Positions 1-10,907 of a stretch of 64,000 nt of DNA are shown here, in pieces. A program made the translations under genes and the position numbers. How positions within the stretch are numbered: the first letter of the stretch is position 1; every line of letters begins with the position of its first letter. The notes beneath the pieces are model-generated. The model was not told the origin of the DNA and ran no database searches. It saw only the letters and a program-made list of their open reading frames with translations. This stretch comes from a virus (Duplodnaviria > Caudoviricetes): the IMG/VR virus record IMGVR_UViG_3300027747_002427; one strand, given 5' to 3'.

Positions 1-2
1 AT

Positions 3-3000
3 GTTTTAGGTACATTAAATCTAACAATTAAAGATCATCCAGATAATAGTATATATAATACATATTTTAATACAACATATCAAGATAGAACTTCTTTAAT
101 TTTAGCAAACGCCAATGATAAAAATGTTGTTACTCGTCCGCAAGAAAATTTAAATAATTATGCTTTTTATGGTAATACAAATGTATTACCCAAGATTAGT
201 GCTTCTTCTTTTAAATGGTCTATAGCTAATGATTTAGGATATTATTATTCCTTATCTTCTACAAAATTTAGTGATATATCAAGTATTAAACATTCCATAC
301 AAAATGGAGCTAGAACTACAAGAATAGGTTTAAGTGCTTATGATGCTACTATTCCTGGATGGAATATTGCTCACAACATTAAATCTCACACAACAATTTA
401 TACAATTCCAAGTAGTGAATTTTTCACACCTACAAAATTTATTGTATATCCACCTTACACCTGGCGACAAGGCAATAGTGGTTTAATAACTATATTAGAT
501 GGCTCTAATTTTACATTAGCGCAAGCTCCTACAGCTTATAGATATACAAAGACTTCTTCGCAACCTTTTTATCTTTCTGCTAACAAGGTAGCAATTTCTT
601 ATGAATATACATATGGATCTGATCAAATTTTCTTAGCTGCTAATTCTTCTAATAATTTTTCTGCAAGTATTCCATATGATCGCAATAACCAAGAAATATA
701 TTCCCTATCCGGCATAAGTTTATCTTTATCTGCTTTTAATGGGATGTTTCCCAAAGTCAATGGTTTGACTTATTATGGTTTAACGAGCAATGGAAGTTTG
801 ACCGGGTCCTATACAGGTAATTTTGCTATAACGTCTCAAACAATTCCAGCTAGAAATGCTATATATGGTTCAACTAGTGCTTTAAGTGCTTTTTACCAAA
901 ACCCTCGACTTGTAGATTTTCAAACAATGACATTGAGAGCTTCGGCTGTAGACACTGCCATTGTTTTTGACTACAATACTGTAACACAATTAGGAGTACA
1001 ATTTACACCTATTACCGCTATTAATTTAGAAGACAATCTTTTTGTCGGAGTATTACAAACTTTAACACCAGCAAATTCTTCTAATAGCCCTGTTAGATCA
1101 ACTCAAGATTTTAATAAAGGAGTAGTTACATATACTTTATCTTCTAAAGAAGGTGGATGGCTTGGTCATATTGATGTACCAGCTGTTAATGGCTTGTATG
1201 ATTTATTTATTTTAAACGTAGGAGACGCTTCTATACCGTTTAATGTAAGTCCTTATAAATTTAATTCTTTAGTATTAACAGCCAGTGCTACAGTTCCAAT
1301 TTCTATACCTTCTAGTACATTTAACGGATATACAACAGCTCAATATTCTGGAAGTAGAGACTTGTGGAGTACAATATATCAAGTAATTTCATCAGAAAGA
1401 CATTCTTTAGTAGCATATAGTACTAGTGTAAAACCAGAAATATATCTTTCATCTTATTATGCTTTAACCGGAGACTCTATAAGAATAGAATTTGAAACTC
1501 CAGAATTGGCAAAAGAAATTGAAAATGTAGAAATTGTATCTTACAATATATATTTCGGTGATGGATTATCTGCCCAACATTTAATAAATGATGTTGTATA
1601 TCACTCTTATGATTCCAAAGGAGTTTACATACTTTCTTATGATGTAAATTATAATAATGGTCTCACTCGTAGCTTTACGTTACAACAACATCCTATAACA
1701 GTTTTTAATAGATGGCCAACATATAACCAGTCTGAAATACGTTTATTGTCTGAAGCTCAACTTACATTGCCTTGGACACTAGATCAAATTTATATACAAC
1801 CTAATGAATTCGGTGAAGCTGATATATTCAATACATCTATTAGCCGTCTTAATGATAATCTAACATATCTAAAAAATAATATACAAACCATTAACACGGA
1901 TGCTCCTACATTGTATTATGGTTGGCTTGGATGTAATACAAAAGATTTAGCAAGAGGCATACAATGGCATACTTTAGATTTCCATAATTTACATTATAAT
2001 AATACAAATTATGCTACTTCTAACGGATTTTCTTATTTTTCAAATATAAGAGACTTCGTAGAAACAGATAATGAAATACTAGTGTTAGATGGTAAAAATT
2101 TAAGAGCATTTTCTGCGGCTAAAATACCAACGGAAATAATATTTGATAATAATCTCCAAATTAAACAATTATTAGTCAATCCAGTGTCTATAGATTATGA
2201 CGGAGATAATAACAATTTATATTTGGTAGATAACTATAAAAACAAAGTTTATAAATTTAATTTAAGTTTTGATTACATATCAGAAATTAATATTCAATTG
2301 GCTGTTGGTGGATTTGGTACTATAAACGATTCTAATAAATTTAATGCCCCTTCTGAAGTATTGTATAGCAATGATAATGTATTTGTTTTGGATTACGGTA
2401 ATCGTTGTGTCAAACAATATACTCAAGATTTAAATTGGATTTATACATATTACACAGAAGAATTTGCAACCAATATACCTTCTAATATAGCCATACACCC
2501 TACAACGACATTACCTTATGTTGCCACAAACAATTACAAAATTTATGTATTTGATCACATGGGATCAGTTGTGAGTAATTTTACTTTATACGAAGCTAGA
2601 ACAGAAGGTCATAAAATAGTCAAAATTTTATTTGATCAAGGAGGCGATTTCTTTTATGTTGTAACAACAAAAAATATATTTAAATATTCTATTGTAGGTA
2701 CTTTTATATCTATAGTAAACATTCCTTATGGAAGTTTAAATAATTCTAATGGAGCTATATTAAATTACACATCTGGAAAATATTTTTCTCATAGATCTTT
2801 ATCTTTTTCAACAAATAATAGTATAATAAGATGTCAGGATATAGTAACTTTATTCAAAGTTGGAGAAGGTCTTCCTTATGAATATTGGACAGAAGATCAA
2901 TTACTAGTAGGTAGAGATGAATTTGCTCAAGACATAGTTTATAATAGAACATTTACTCGATTAGTCCAAAATATTAAATCTTTTAGAAATACAATGGATT

Positions 3001-3455
3001 CTCGTTTTATTATAGCAACAGAACAGACTCCTTATGGAACTGTAAGGTATTTTGCCAAATCACCAATAGCCGTTGCTAGTAGACCAATATTTTCAAGTGA
3101 TATAGAAAATGAAACAATAAAAGTAGGCGTTAATGAATTTAATGTGCCTCAAGTTATTAATAGAGAATTGAAAAAAATATATGAAGCTTTACAATATTTA
3201 ACTGGATATCTTTCTATTACAGATGTTAGACTTTTGAGCGGAATTAATACTGGATGCACGGATCCATTTTGTTGGTCCTGGAAATCTATGTCTTGTTACA
3301 ACCTCTCTTTACCTGTAGTAAGAATATGTAATATCAACCCTATTACCTATGCAGAATTAGAGTCTTCTTATCCAAGCACTTATGTATATGCCCCTTCTAA
3401 TACTTGGGGATCTGCTACGTCACATTGTTGTGATCAAAATGTCAGTCCAATTTGA
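3..3455 (+). CDS. Large virion structural protein (5'-truncated) with PKD-like domain and NHL-type beta-propeller
   Basis: The frame of track ORF 744..3455 is open back to position 3, so the gene starts before the window. Motifs YNIYFGDG...HSYDSKGVY (PKD-like) and KFNAPSEV...VFVLDYGNRCVKQY (NHL-like). Confidence 0.7.
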   Translation, partial: VLGTLNLTIKDHPDNSIYNTYFNTTYQDRTSLILANANDKNVVTRPQENLNNYAFYGNTNVLPKISASSFKWSIANDLGYYYSLSSTKFSDISSIKHSIQNGARTTRIGLSAYDATIPGWNIAHNIKSHTTIYTIPSSEFFTPTKFIVYPPYTWRQGNSGLITILDGSNFTLAQAPTAYRYTKTSSQPFYLSANKVAISYEYTYGSDQIFLAANSSNNFSASIPYDRNNQEIYSLSGISLSLSAFNGMFPKVNGLTYYGLTSNGSLTGSYTGNFAITSQTIPARNAIYGSTSALSAFYQNPRLVDFQTMTLRASAVDTAIVFDYNTVTQLGVQFTPITAINLEDNLFVGVLQTLTPANSSNSPVRSTQDFNKGVVTYTLSSKEGGWLGHIDVPAVNGLYDLFILNVGDASIPFNVSPYKFNSLVLTASATVPISIPSSTFNGYTTAQYSGSRDLWSTIYQVISSERHSLVAYSTSVKPEIYLSSYYALTGDSIRIEFETPELAKEIENVEIVSYNIYFGDGLSAQHLINDVVYHSYDSKGVYILSYDVNYNNGLTRSFTLQQHPITVFNRWPTYNQSEIRLLSEAQLTLPWTLDQIYIQPNEFGEADIFNTSISRLNDNLTYLKNNIQTINTDAPTLYYGWLGCNTKDLARGIQWHTLDFHNLHYNNTNYATSNGFSYFSNIRDFVETDNEILVLDGKNLRAFSAAKIPTEIIFDNNLQIKQLLVNPVSIDYDGDNNNLYLVDNYKNKVYKFNLSFDYISEINIQLAVGGFGTINDSNKFNAPSEVLYSNDNVFVLDYGNRCVKQYTQDLNWIYTYYTEEFATNIPSNIAIHPTTTLPYVATNNYKIYVFDHMGSVVSNFTLYEARTEGHKIVKILFDQGGDFFYVVTTKNIFKYSIVGTFISIVNIPYGSLNNSNGAILNYTSGKYFSHRSLSFSTNNSIIRCQDIVTLFKVGEGLPYEYWTEDQLLVGRDEFAQDIVYNRTFTRLVQNIKSFRNTMDSRFIIATEQTPYGTVRYFAKSPIAVASRPIFSSDIENETIKVGVNEFNVPQVINRELKKIYEALQYLTGYLSITDVRLLSGINTGCTDPFCWSWKSMSCYNLSLPVVRICNINPITYAELESSYPSTYVYAPSNTWGSATSHCCDQNVSPI

Positions 3456-3470
3456 TAAATATTATTACTA

Positions 3471-6400
3471 ATGAGACCCATATCAAAATATCACCGCCAG
3501 AATCACCATACCTATACTTCAGATACTAATCCTGATGCGGGTCACGATCCTATAGCTAGTTATGATAATCCGTTTAGAGGTGATTTCGTATTAACAGGTG
3601 CTCTTAGTGCTATAGTTCCTCCAACTAGTGCCTATGCTGCAGTTTTCTTAGGTAGTAATGTTGGTGTAGGAACCGGTTCTCCTAATCAATTATTAACTGT
3701 TGCGGGAAATGTAAGTGCTTCTGGAGATTTAAACGTGGATGGAGATTTAGCTTTACAAGGTAGTTTTTTAACTAATTCCGATTTAAGAGCTAATAAAAAT
3801 CTTTTTGTAACTAATAACATATATGGCCTAGGTAGTTTAAGTGTCTCACAAGGAGCTTCAATTTCCAGGGCATTAACCGTAACTGCAACCGCTTCAGCAT
3901 ATACTTCTAGTTTCATGGGAGCTAATGTGGGTATAGCAACAATAGTTCCAAAATACCCATTACACGTTAATGGTAATACTTGGACTCAAGGCAATGCGTA
4001 TGTAACTGGAAATCTTTTCCTTAGTGGCGGTGTTATTTCAAGTACAACGGAAATGATTAGTAGCAGGGGATTAGACATTGTAAATTATAGTGGATCAACG
4101 ACAACATTAATGCTTAGACAAAGTGGTTATCAACCAATGTTTGTGGCAATGGCACAAGCTGCAACTGCTTTTTATATAGACGGAGATGTTACTGGAGGAT
4201 TTGTTGGCATTGGTTGCACTGCTCCTAATGCAAATTTAACTGTAAATGGAAATATTAGTTCTAGTTCTACTATTTGGACTACGATTTTATCAGCTAATGG
4301 TATAAATCTAGTTAATGGACAAGCCAATGATTTTAAAAGTCCTTCTATTTTTATTGGAGAAAATTTAAATAATTCTATTTCTGGATTTAATATAAAATAC
4401 GATGAATTAGTAGATAAACTTGTTGTTACAACGGTGTTTGGAACCACACCAAGTATTTCATCTATAGTAATAACCAACACATCTAATATTGGTATAAATA
4501 CGCCAAATCCAAATGCAGTTTTAACAATCAATGGAGATATCAGTGCCAATAATCGTATTATAGCTGGTTATAATAATTCAGCATCTAATTGCTCTAGCGT
4601 GTTAGGTGGTTGTAATAATAATGCAGATGGTGCTAATTCTTTCATTGGTGGCGGTGTAACAAATTTATCAAACGGAACTCATTCCGTTGTATTAGGTGGC
4701 TGTATAAATTGTTCTCCTGGAGATTCTTCATCAGTAACTGGTGGAAAATTAAATTGTGCCACAGGAAATTTTTCACATATAGGCGGCGGCTGTTCTAACG
4801 TATCTAGTGGTTGTTATGCCGCATTAGGAGGAGGGTTTGATAGTACAGCTTCTGGTAATTATTCCTTTGTAGGAAGTGGATATCAAAATACAGCTTCTGG
4901 TAAGAATACATCCGTAGTAGGAGGCAAAGCCAATACTGCATCAGCTTGTTATTCATTTATTGCTGGTGGTAATAGTAATACTTCTGCTTATTGCAATACA
5001 TTTATTTTAGGATCTAATTTAACTGCAAGTAGTAAAGATTACACATATGTTAATAATATCAGTTCTCAAGGAGCTGTGTGTGGAACTTATTACGGTGATG
5101 GATCTTTATTAACTGGTATTCATGCTTGTGGAAGTCCCTTTACAACTGGTAGCACTTTATCTTCTATAAAACCATTTGATGGATGTAATTGTGTTACTGC
5201 TGCTGGTTGTTTCTCTTCTATAGGTGGAGGGCGTTGTAATTGTATATCTCAAACGCATTCAACAATCAGTGGTGGATATAATAATAAAATAGCAAATGCT
5301 TGTTCTGTTATTGCTGGTGGTCGCTTGAATTGTATTACTTCAACTTATTCATTCATTGGAGGTGGTATATCTAACAGAGCAGACGGTTCTACCAATGCCA
5401 TCATAGGTGGATCTAATAATTGTGCCACTTCAGACGCGGGTAATTCTTTTATTGGTGGCGGATATTATAATATAGTGGATGCCAATTATACAGTAATTGG
5501 TGGTGGAACAAATAATTGCACAGGTTGCACAAGCTCTGTTGTAGCCGGCGGATCAATCAATTGTGCAATGGGTTGTTTCTCTATAGTGGCAGGAGGATGT
5601 AGCAATACAGCAAATCAAAACTATACTGGTATTTTAGGTGGATGTTGCAATACTACAAATCATCAAAATACATTTATCTTAGGTTCTAACTTAACAACAG
5701 CACAAGCAAATTACACTTATGTAAATAATTTAAGTTCTCAGGGCAACATTGTAGCTCGAACTTTAACTGTTAATAAAGACATTAATGTCACTGGATTTGT
5801 TAAGAATAGACCTCGCAAGGCTATGGTGAGTGGTACCGTAAGAGCTATCTTCATTAAAACTGGAGGAACTGGATATGGCTCTGCTCCTAATGTTTCTATA
5901 AGCGCACCGACAGATACAACAGACACAGAACAAGCAACAGCACACGCAATAATTCAGAATGGAAAAGTTGTTAATATAGTAATAGATAACCCGGGTAGAG
6001 GATATTTAGAAGACCCTACAATAAACATAGTTGGCGGCGGCGGTGGAGGTGCTGCAGCATTCGCAATAGCTACAATTGGTGGACATGCTTATTATAATAA
6101 TAGATATAGTCATGCAACTGGAATTTTAGGAGAAGCATCTTCTCAAACAGATCAAACTAGATTATATGTAGCTGGATTTAATTACTACGGCAGTTTACCT
6201 ACAGGATATTACGGAACAAGTTATAATTCATCACCAGTTTCTGTAGCTATAAGTGATAGTGATCTTAATGTAAATGAAATTGTAAAATATTGGATGCCTG
6301 GTGATCGTATGTATGTTTTAGATTCAACTGGTACATTATGGGGAACTGGTATAAACGTCCATGGAGAATTGGGAGTAGGAACTACAATACATCAAACAAG

Positions 6401-7493
6401 TTTTCAAAAAATTTCAGTCGGTGGTCTTCCTGTTGTAAAATTCTCTTGCTCTGGTGATGGTGATAGACAGAATTTAGTATCTTGTATAGCCATGACCTCT
6501 AACGGTCAAATATGGACTTGGGGATACAATGGATGGGGTCAGTTAGGATCCGGAAATAATGTAGCCGTTTCCATTCCAACGGTTAGAAGTAGTTTAGGAA
6601 CTGATAATATCAATGTATTCATGAATAGTAATCAGTGGGTATCATCGTCATTCGTATTAAAAGCAGATGGCACTGTTCAATCTTGTGGATATGGTGATTG
6701 GGGACAACTTGGTCGTGGTGATTTTACTTCTAAATCAACATTCGGACCAGTATTAAAAGCTGCTCTTACAAATTTAACAAATGTCAAAGAAATACACGGC
6801 AATAATGGAGGAGCCGGTGCTCGAGGACAAACATATTTCTTATGTAATGATGGTACCTTATGGGGTACAGGTGATAACCAATATGGTTTCTTAGGTTTAA
6901 ATGTTATTGGAAATAAACAATACGCAACTCAGATAACTAGTTTAGGTACAACTGTTCAAAAATTTAGAACAACTAATGTACCCGGAGGGCACCCTTCTAG
7001 CTATGCTTATGTTGGTACTAAGATATATAGTTGGGGCTGGAATAACTATGGTCAATTAGGAGACGCTTCTAATACAGACAGAGCCTACCCTTCACAAGTA
7101 TATGCGCCTGGTATTTACTCTAACGGTCCTAGTCTAACATATGTTTCAACTGCGTTAAATTTTTCATTCTCCGATATCAAAGATATAATAGCTAAAACTT
7201 ATGGGTTTGCAATATTAACAACAGACGGAAGAGTTTATGCTTGTGGTTATAATGGTTATGGTCAAACAGGGCAAAGTACAAATTTCTCTTCTCATAATAG
7301 ATTATTATATGTAAGAACTCCTAATGACGATGCAGCCTCTGTAGCATTTTATGGATCTTCTTCTTACTTGACTCTTAGTATCATTACAAGAGAAGGAAGA
7401 GTTTATAATTGTGGTTACAATGGCCATGGAGAAGTCGGAATAGGCGATACTTCAAATCAGTATTTCTCTCCAGTTGAAGTTTATAGATTTTAA
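3471..7493 (+). CDS. Tail fibre/adhesin-like protein with Cys-rich GGxxN solenoid repeats and C-terminal RCC1 repeats
   Basis: VGIGTxxPxxxLxVxG fibre repeats, many GGCxNxA repeats, and RCC1 motifs (SNGQIWTWGYNGWGQLG, GRVYACGYNGYGQTG). TAAATA ends 9 nt upstream of the ATG. Confidence 0.75.
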   Translation: MRPISKYHRQNHHTYTSDTNPDAGHDPIASYDNPFRGDFVLTGALSAIVPPTSAYAAVFLGSNVGVGTGSPNQLLTVAGNVSASGDLNVDGDLALQGSFLTNSDLRANKNLFVTNNIYGLGSLSVSQGASISRALTVTATASAYTSSFMGANVGIATIVPKYPLHVNGNTWTQGNAYVTGNLFLSGGVISSTTEMISSRGLDIVNYSGSTTTLMLRQSGYQPMFVAMAQAATAFYIDGDVTGGFVGIGCTAPNANLTVNGNISSSSTIWTTILSANGINLVNGQANDFKSPSIFIGENLNNSISGFNIKYDELVDKLVVTTVFGTTPSISSIVITNTSNIGINTPNPNAVLTINGDISANNRIIAGYNNSASNCSSVLGGCNNNADGANSFIGGGVTNLSNGTHSVVLGGCINCSPGDSSSVTGGKLNCATGNFSHIGGGCSNVSSGCYAALGGGFDSTASGNYSFVGSGYQNTASGKNTSVVGGKANTASACYSFIAGGNSNTSAYCNTFILGSNLTASSKDYTYVNNISSQGAVCGTYYGDGSLLTGIHACGSPFTTGSTLSSIKPFDGCNCVTAAGCFSSIGGGRCNCISQTHSTISGGYNNKIANACSVIAGGRLNCITSTYSFIGGGISNRADGSTNAIIGGSNNCATSDAGNSFIGGGYYNIVDANYTVIGGGTNNCTGCTSSVVAGGSINCAMGCFSIVAGGCSNTANQNYTGILGGCCNTTNHQNTFILGSNLTTAQANYTYVNNLSSQGNIVARTLTVNKDINVTGFVKNRPRKAMVSGTVRAIFIKTGGTGYGSAPNVSISAPTDTTDTEQATAHAIIQNGKVVNIVIDNPGRGYLEDPTINIVGGGGGGAAAFAIATIGGHAYYNNRYSHATGILGEASSQTDQTRLYVAGFNYYGSLPTGYYGTSYNSSPVSVAISDSDLNVNEIVKYWMPGDRMYVLDSTGTLWGTGINVHGELGVGTTIHQTSFQKISVGGLPVVKFSCSGDGDRQNLVSCIAMTSNGQIWTWGYNGWGQLGSGNNVAVSIPTVRSSLGTDNINVFMNSNQWVSSSFVLKADGTVQSCGYGDWGQLGRGDFTSKSTFGPVLKAALTNLTNVKEIHGNNGGAGARGQTYFLCNDGTLWGTGDNQYGFLGLNVIGNKQYATQITSLGTTVQKFRTTNVPGGHPSSYAYVGTKIYSWGWNNYGQLGDASNTDRAYPSQVYAPGIYSNGPSLTYVSTALNFSFSDIKDIIAKTYGFAILTTDGRVYACGYNGYGQTGQSTNFSSHNRLLYVRTPNDDAASVAFYGSSSYLTLSIITREGRVYNCGYNGHGEVGIGDTSNQYFSPVEVYRF

Positions 7494-7528
7494 ATCATAA
7501 CTTAAATTTTTTTGAATAAATATATTAT

Positions 7529-9439
7529 ATGCCTGATATTACCTCCGATAGAGTAAAATTAATTGTAAGCTTATACAATTCTGATCCATTAAACGGTACG
7601 GAACAAACCGCTATAGCTCAGGCTGGAATTACAAAAAAGACTTCTATAGCAGATATAGGAATTTATACTAAAACTTTAGATTATGCCACTTGGGTTTATG
7701 CCAACACAGCTGGTGTAGCTATAATGGAATCATTAACTGGCAATTGGAATAGTGTTTATAGTTCTGTAGTAGGTGCTAGTGGTGGATGGAATTATGCTTA
7801 TAATAATTTCATGGCTCCTTATACATATGTTACAAATTTAACATCTAATAAGGATATATTAAGCCCTCACATCACTTTAGGTACACCTATGTCAGCAAAA
7901 TATGTTGATTATTCTCCTTTAAATATAATTGATGCCAGTACACTTTCTGTATTTGGTTCTATACAAAATACAGTACCTAGTGCTAGTGCAAGTAGTGATT
8001 TGTATATAGCAAATGATACTGGCTTAGATTATTTGGATATTGGTGTCAATAGTAGTCAATATGATGGTACTAGATATAGTCCAGCATTTGATATTGTAAA
8101 GGCTAATGATTCATATGTTTATACATTGACTGCTAATTTAGCTGTCGGTACTGGTACAGCTTATGGAGATCTTCTTCTTTTCACAGGAGGCACTCAGGCT
8201 TCCAATGAAAGAATGAGAGTAACTTCTACAGGAAACATAGGCATAGGTACTTCAACTCCTAGCAGTAGACTTTCTGTTGTAGGTGATATTAGTTCTAATG
8301 GAATTATTACAGATCTAAAAGGAAATAGTAATAATTGGAATAGTGTTTATAGTAAAGTTAATTCCACAAGTGCTAATTGGGATTCTGTTTATAGTTCCTA
8401 TAATGGAGCTAGCGGCAAATATGAATCCGTTTATAGTAAAGTTAATACAACAAGTGCTAATTGGGATTCTGTTTATAGTTATGTAAATGCCAATACTGGT
8501 AATTGGAATTCTGTTTATACTTCTTATAATAGTGTTAGTGGCAAACATGAATCCGTTTATAGCTATGTAAATGCTAATACAGCCAACTGGAATAGTATAT
8601 CATTCTTACAATCTGCTTCTGCTAATAATGCTTCTGTTTATAGTAAAGTTAATACAACAAGTGCCAATTGGAGTGATGTTTATGATTATGTAAATGCTAA
8701 TAAGGTCAATTGGAATTCTACATATTTTGGAGCATCTGCATCAGCTGATGTATATAGTGCTGTAAGTTCTCTAAGTGGTAGTTGGAGTTCTGTTTATAGC
8801 AAAGTAAGTTCTACAAGTGCCAATTGGAGTTCTGTTTATAGCTATGTAAATGCCAACACAGGTAACTGGAATAGTATATCTTTCTTACAATCTGCTTCTG
8901 CTAATAATGCATCTGTCTATAGTAAAGTTAATTCTGCAAGTGCTAACTGGGATTCTGTTTATAGTTATGTAAACCCTAACACCGCTAATTGGAATAGTAT
9001 ATCATTTTTACAATCAGCTTCTGCTAACAATGCCTCTGTTTATAGTAAAGTCAATAATACAAGTGCCAATTGGGTAGATACAAGAACAACTGTACAATCA
9101 TTTAGTACACAATGGATAGGCAATGTTCTAGCGCCTCTTAATATTCAATCTGGAACCTCTTATACATTTTCAACTAATGATTCAGGATATACGATTTGTT
9201 CCACAAACCTAACAACTGGTTTGACAGCTTCCGTAGGTACTGGAACATATCCAGACGGATTCCAAGTTACTTTATTACAACTCGGTACACAAAGAATTGC
9301 TCTATCTGGAGGTACTAATGGTATAACTATTAATCAAGCAGATGGGTTATTGAAAACAAATAAACAATATTCAGCAGCAACTTTACTTTATGCTGGTTCT
9401 ACTGGTGGATGGATCTTATTTGGTGACCTAGGAGCTTAA
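7529..9439 (+). CDS. Tail fibre-like protein with SANWxSVY stalk repeats
   Basis: ERMRVTSTGNIGIGTSTPSSRLSVVG motif, >10 imperfect SANW(D/N/S)SVY repeats, and a C-terminal GFQVTLLQLG domain typical of phage fibres. Confidence 0.7.
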   Translation: MPDITSDRVKLIVSLYNSDPLNGTEQTAIAQAGITKKTSIADIGIYTKTLDYATWVYANTAGVAIMESLTGNWNSVYSSVVGASGGWNYAYNNFMAPYTYVTNLTSNKDILSPHITLGTPMSAKYVDYSPLNIIDASTLSVFGSIQNTVPSASASSDLYIANDTGLDYLDIGVNSSQYDGTRYSPAFDIVKANDSYVYTLTANLAVGTGTAYGDLLLFTGGTQASNERMRVTSTGNIGIGTSTPSSRLSVVGDISSNGIITDLKGNSNNWNSVYSKVNSTSANWDSVYSSYNGASGKYESVYSKVNTTSANWDSVYSYVNANTGNWNSVYTSYNSVSGKHESVYSYVNANTANWNSISFLQSASANNASVYSKVNTTSANWSDVYDYVNANKVNWNSTYFGASASADVYSAVSSLSGSWSSVYSKVSSTSANWSSVYSYVNANTGNWNSISFLQSASANNASVYSKVNSASANWDSVYSYVNPNTANWNSISFLQSASANNASVYSKVNNTSANWVDTRTTVQSFSTQWIGNVLAPLNIQSGTSYTFSTNDSGYTICSTNLTTGLTASVGTGTYPDGFQVTLLQLGTQRIALSGGTNGITINQADGLLKTNKQYSAATLLYAGSTGGWILFGDLGA

Positions 9440-9440
9440 T

Positions 9441-9566
9441 ATGTTAAGAAATATAAGTTTTGGTATAGATGCATTATTGCAGCTTAAATCTAGATTTTTT
9501 CTTTTATTAACTCCTAGTGGTTCTGGATACCTTCTTCAAGAAGATGGTTCTAAGATAATACTTTAA
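9441..9566 (+). CDS. 41-aa micro-protein ending in YLLQEDGSKIIL (not in ORF track)
   Basis: ATG at 9441 follows the TAA of the previous gene by 1 nt, and TAA is at 9564-9566. It fills the gap exactly. Confidence 0.6.
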   Translation: MLRNISFGIDALLQLKSRFFLLLTPSGSGYLLQEDGSKIIL

Positions 9567-9570
9567 AGAT

Positions 9571-10896
9571 ATGGCAGAATTAAGAATAATAAATTTACCA
9601 TACAATACAAATCCATCTTCTTCTGACATATTACCAGTTATAAAAGTTAGTGATGGATCTACTACCAAAGTTACAATTGCCAATGCCGTTGCGTCCTTAA
9701 GTAGTTTACCTTTACAAGCAGCAAATTATGTTTATGTACCAATTACCAACAATGCGGTTACTAACGGGAATAATCTTATAGCGGCATATACTTCAGCCAA
9801 GACTTTAACTCCTAATGGATCTTCATTAAGTTCTACAAATAGAGTTTCTATTATTGTCCCACCGGGCAAATATGATTTAGGAACTTCTTTTCTTACTCTC
9901 GATACAGAGTATATAGATTTGATTGGATTAACCAAAGAAGCTAGTCATGTTATTATAACATCAGCATCCATAGGTCAAACCATAAACCAAACTGCTAATG
10001 ACGTCCGTTGTATAGGGTTTACAGTTAAAAATACTAGTGCGTTTGAAGCTTATGCATTTTCTAGTAATTTAAATTTAGCTTACTGTGAAAATATAATTTT
10101 CGGTTCTATTTATGCTGGTGTTTTATCTGGCACATTTAAAAATTGTACATCTACAACTCTTAATTATCCAAATGGTGCTTATTGTGCATATGGCGGATCT
10201 GCTGCTGGTAAATTTATAAATTGTAATGGAATAAATTCTCAACTATTGAGCGGTGGGTTTGCAGGAATAAGTGGCACCGCTCCTGGAATTTTTATTAATT
10301 GCACAGGCTCTAATACTGGAGGTAATGGTGGTGGATTTGTTGGCAATGCTGGAGATGCTTCAGGAACATTTACTAATTGTAAAGGATTCCACACTGGAAG
10401 TAATCTTGGTGCTGGGGGATTTACAGGTTATGGCGGTTACGCTTCTGGAATATTTATTAATTGTATCGGAAAAAGTGAAGCAAACAACTTCGGTGGGGGA
10501 TTTGCTGGTCGTTATGGCTATGCTTCTGGTACATTTATAAATTGTACTGGTACAAATACTGGAGGTAATGGTGGTGGATTCGTTGGCACTGCTGGTATTG
10601 CTTCTGGAACATTTACTAATTGTATAGGAAAAAATACTGGTTATGCTGGTGGTGGATTTGTAGGAGCAAGTGGCTCGGCTAGTGGAACTTTTACCAATAG
10701 TTTAGGGATTGATGAGACATCAGGAGGAGGTGGTATTGGTGGTTATACTTCAATCATAAAAGGGCGTTTTATTAATTGTAAATTATTATATGACACAAAT
10801 TTTCCAACTCTTACGAATTCCGGAGATTCAACCAAACCAGCTTGTTATATAAATTGTTTAGATAATTCCGGCAAACTAGTTAATGGGAGTGCTTAA
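9571..10896 (+). CDS. Receptor-binding/fibre paralog 1 (GTFxNCxG beta-solenoid)
   Basis: N-terminus MAELRIINLP, repeats GTFTNCxGxNxGxxGGGFxG, C-terminus INCLDNSGKLVNGSA. Confidence 0.7.
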   Translation: MAELRIINLPYNTNPSSSDILPVIKVSDGSTTKVTIANAVASLSSLPLQAANYVYVPITNNAVTNGNNLIAAYTSAKTLTPNGSSLSSTNRVSIIVPPGKYDLGTSFLTLDTEYIDLIGLTKEASHVIITSASIGQTINQTANDVRCIGFTVKNTSAFEAYAFSSNLNLAYCENIIFGSIYAGVLSGTFKNCTSTTLNYPNGAYCAYGGSAAGKFINCNGINSQLLSGGFAGISGTAPGIFINCTGSNTGGNGGGFVGNAGDASGTFTNCKGFHTGSNLGAGGFTGYGGYASGIFINCIGKSEANNFGGGFAGRYGYASGTFINCTGTNTGGNGGGFVGTAGIASGTFTNCIGKNTGYAGGGFVGASGSASGTFTNSLGIDETSGGGGIGGYTSIIKGRFINCKLLYDTNFPTLTNSGDSTKPACYINCLDNSGKLVNGSA

Positions 10897-10907
10897 TAAG
10901 TAGATTT

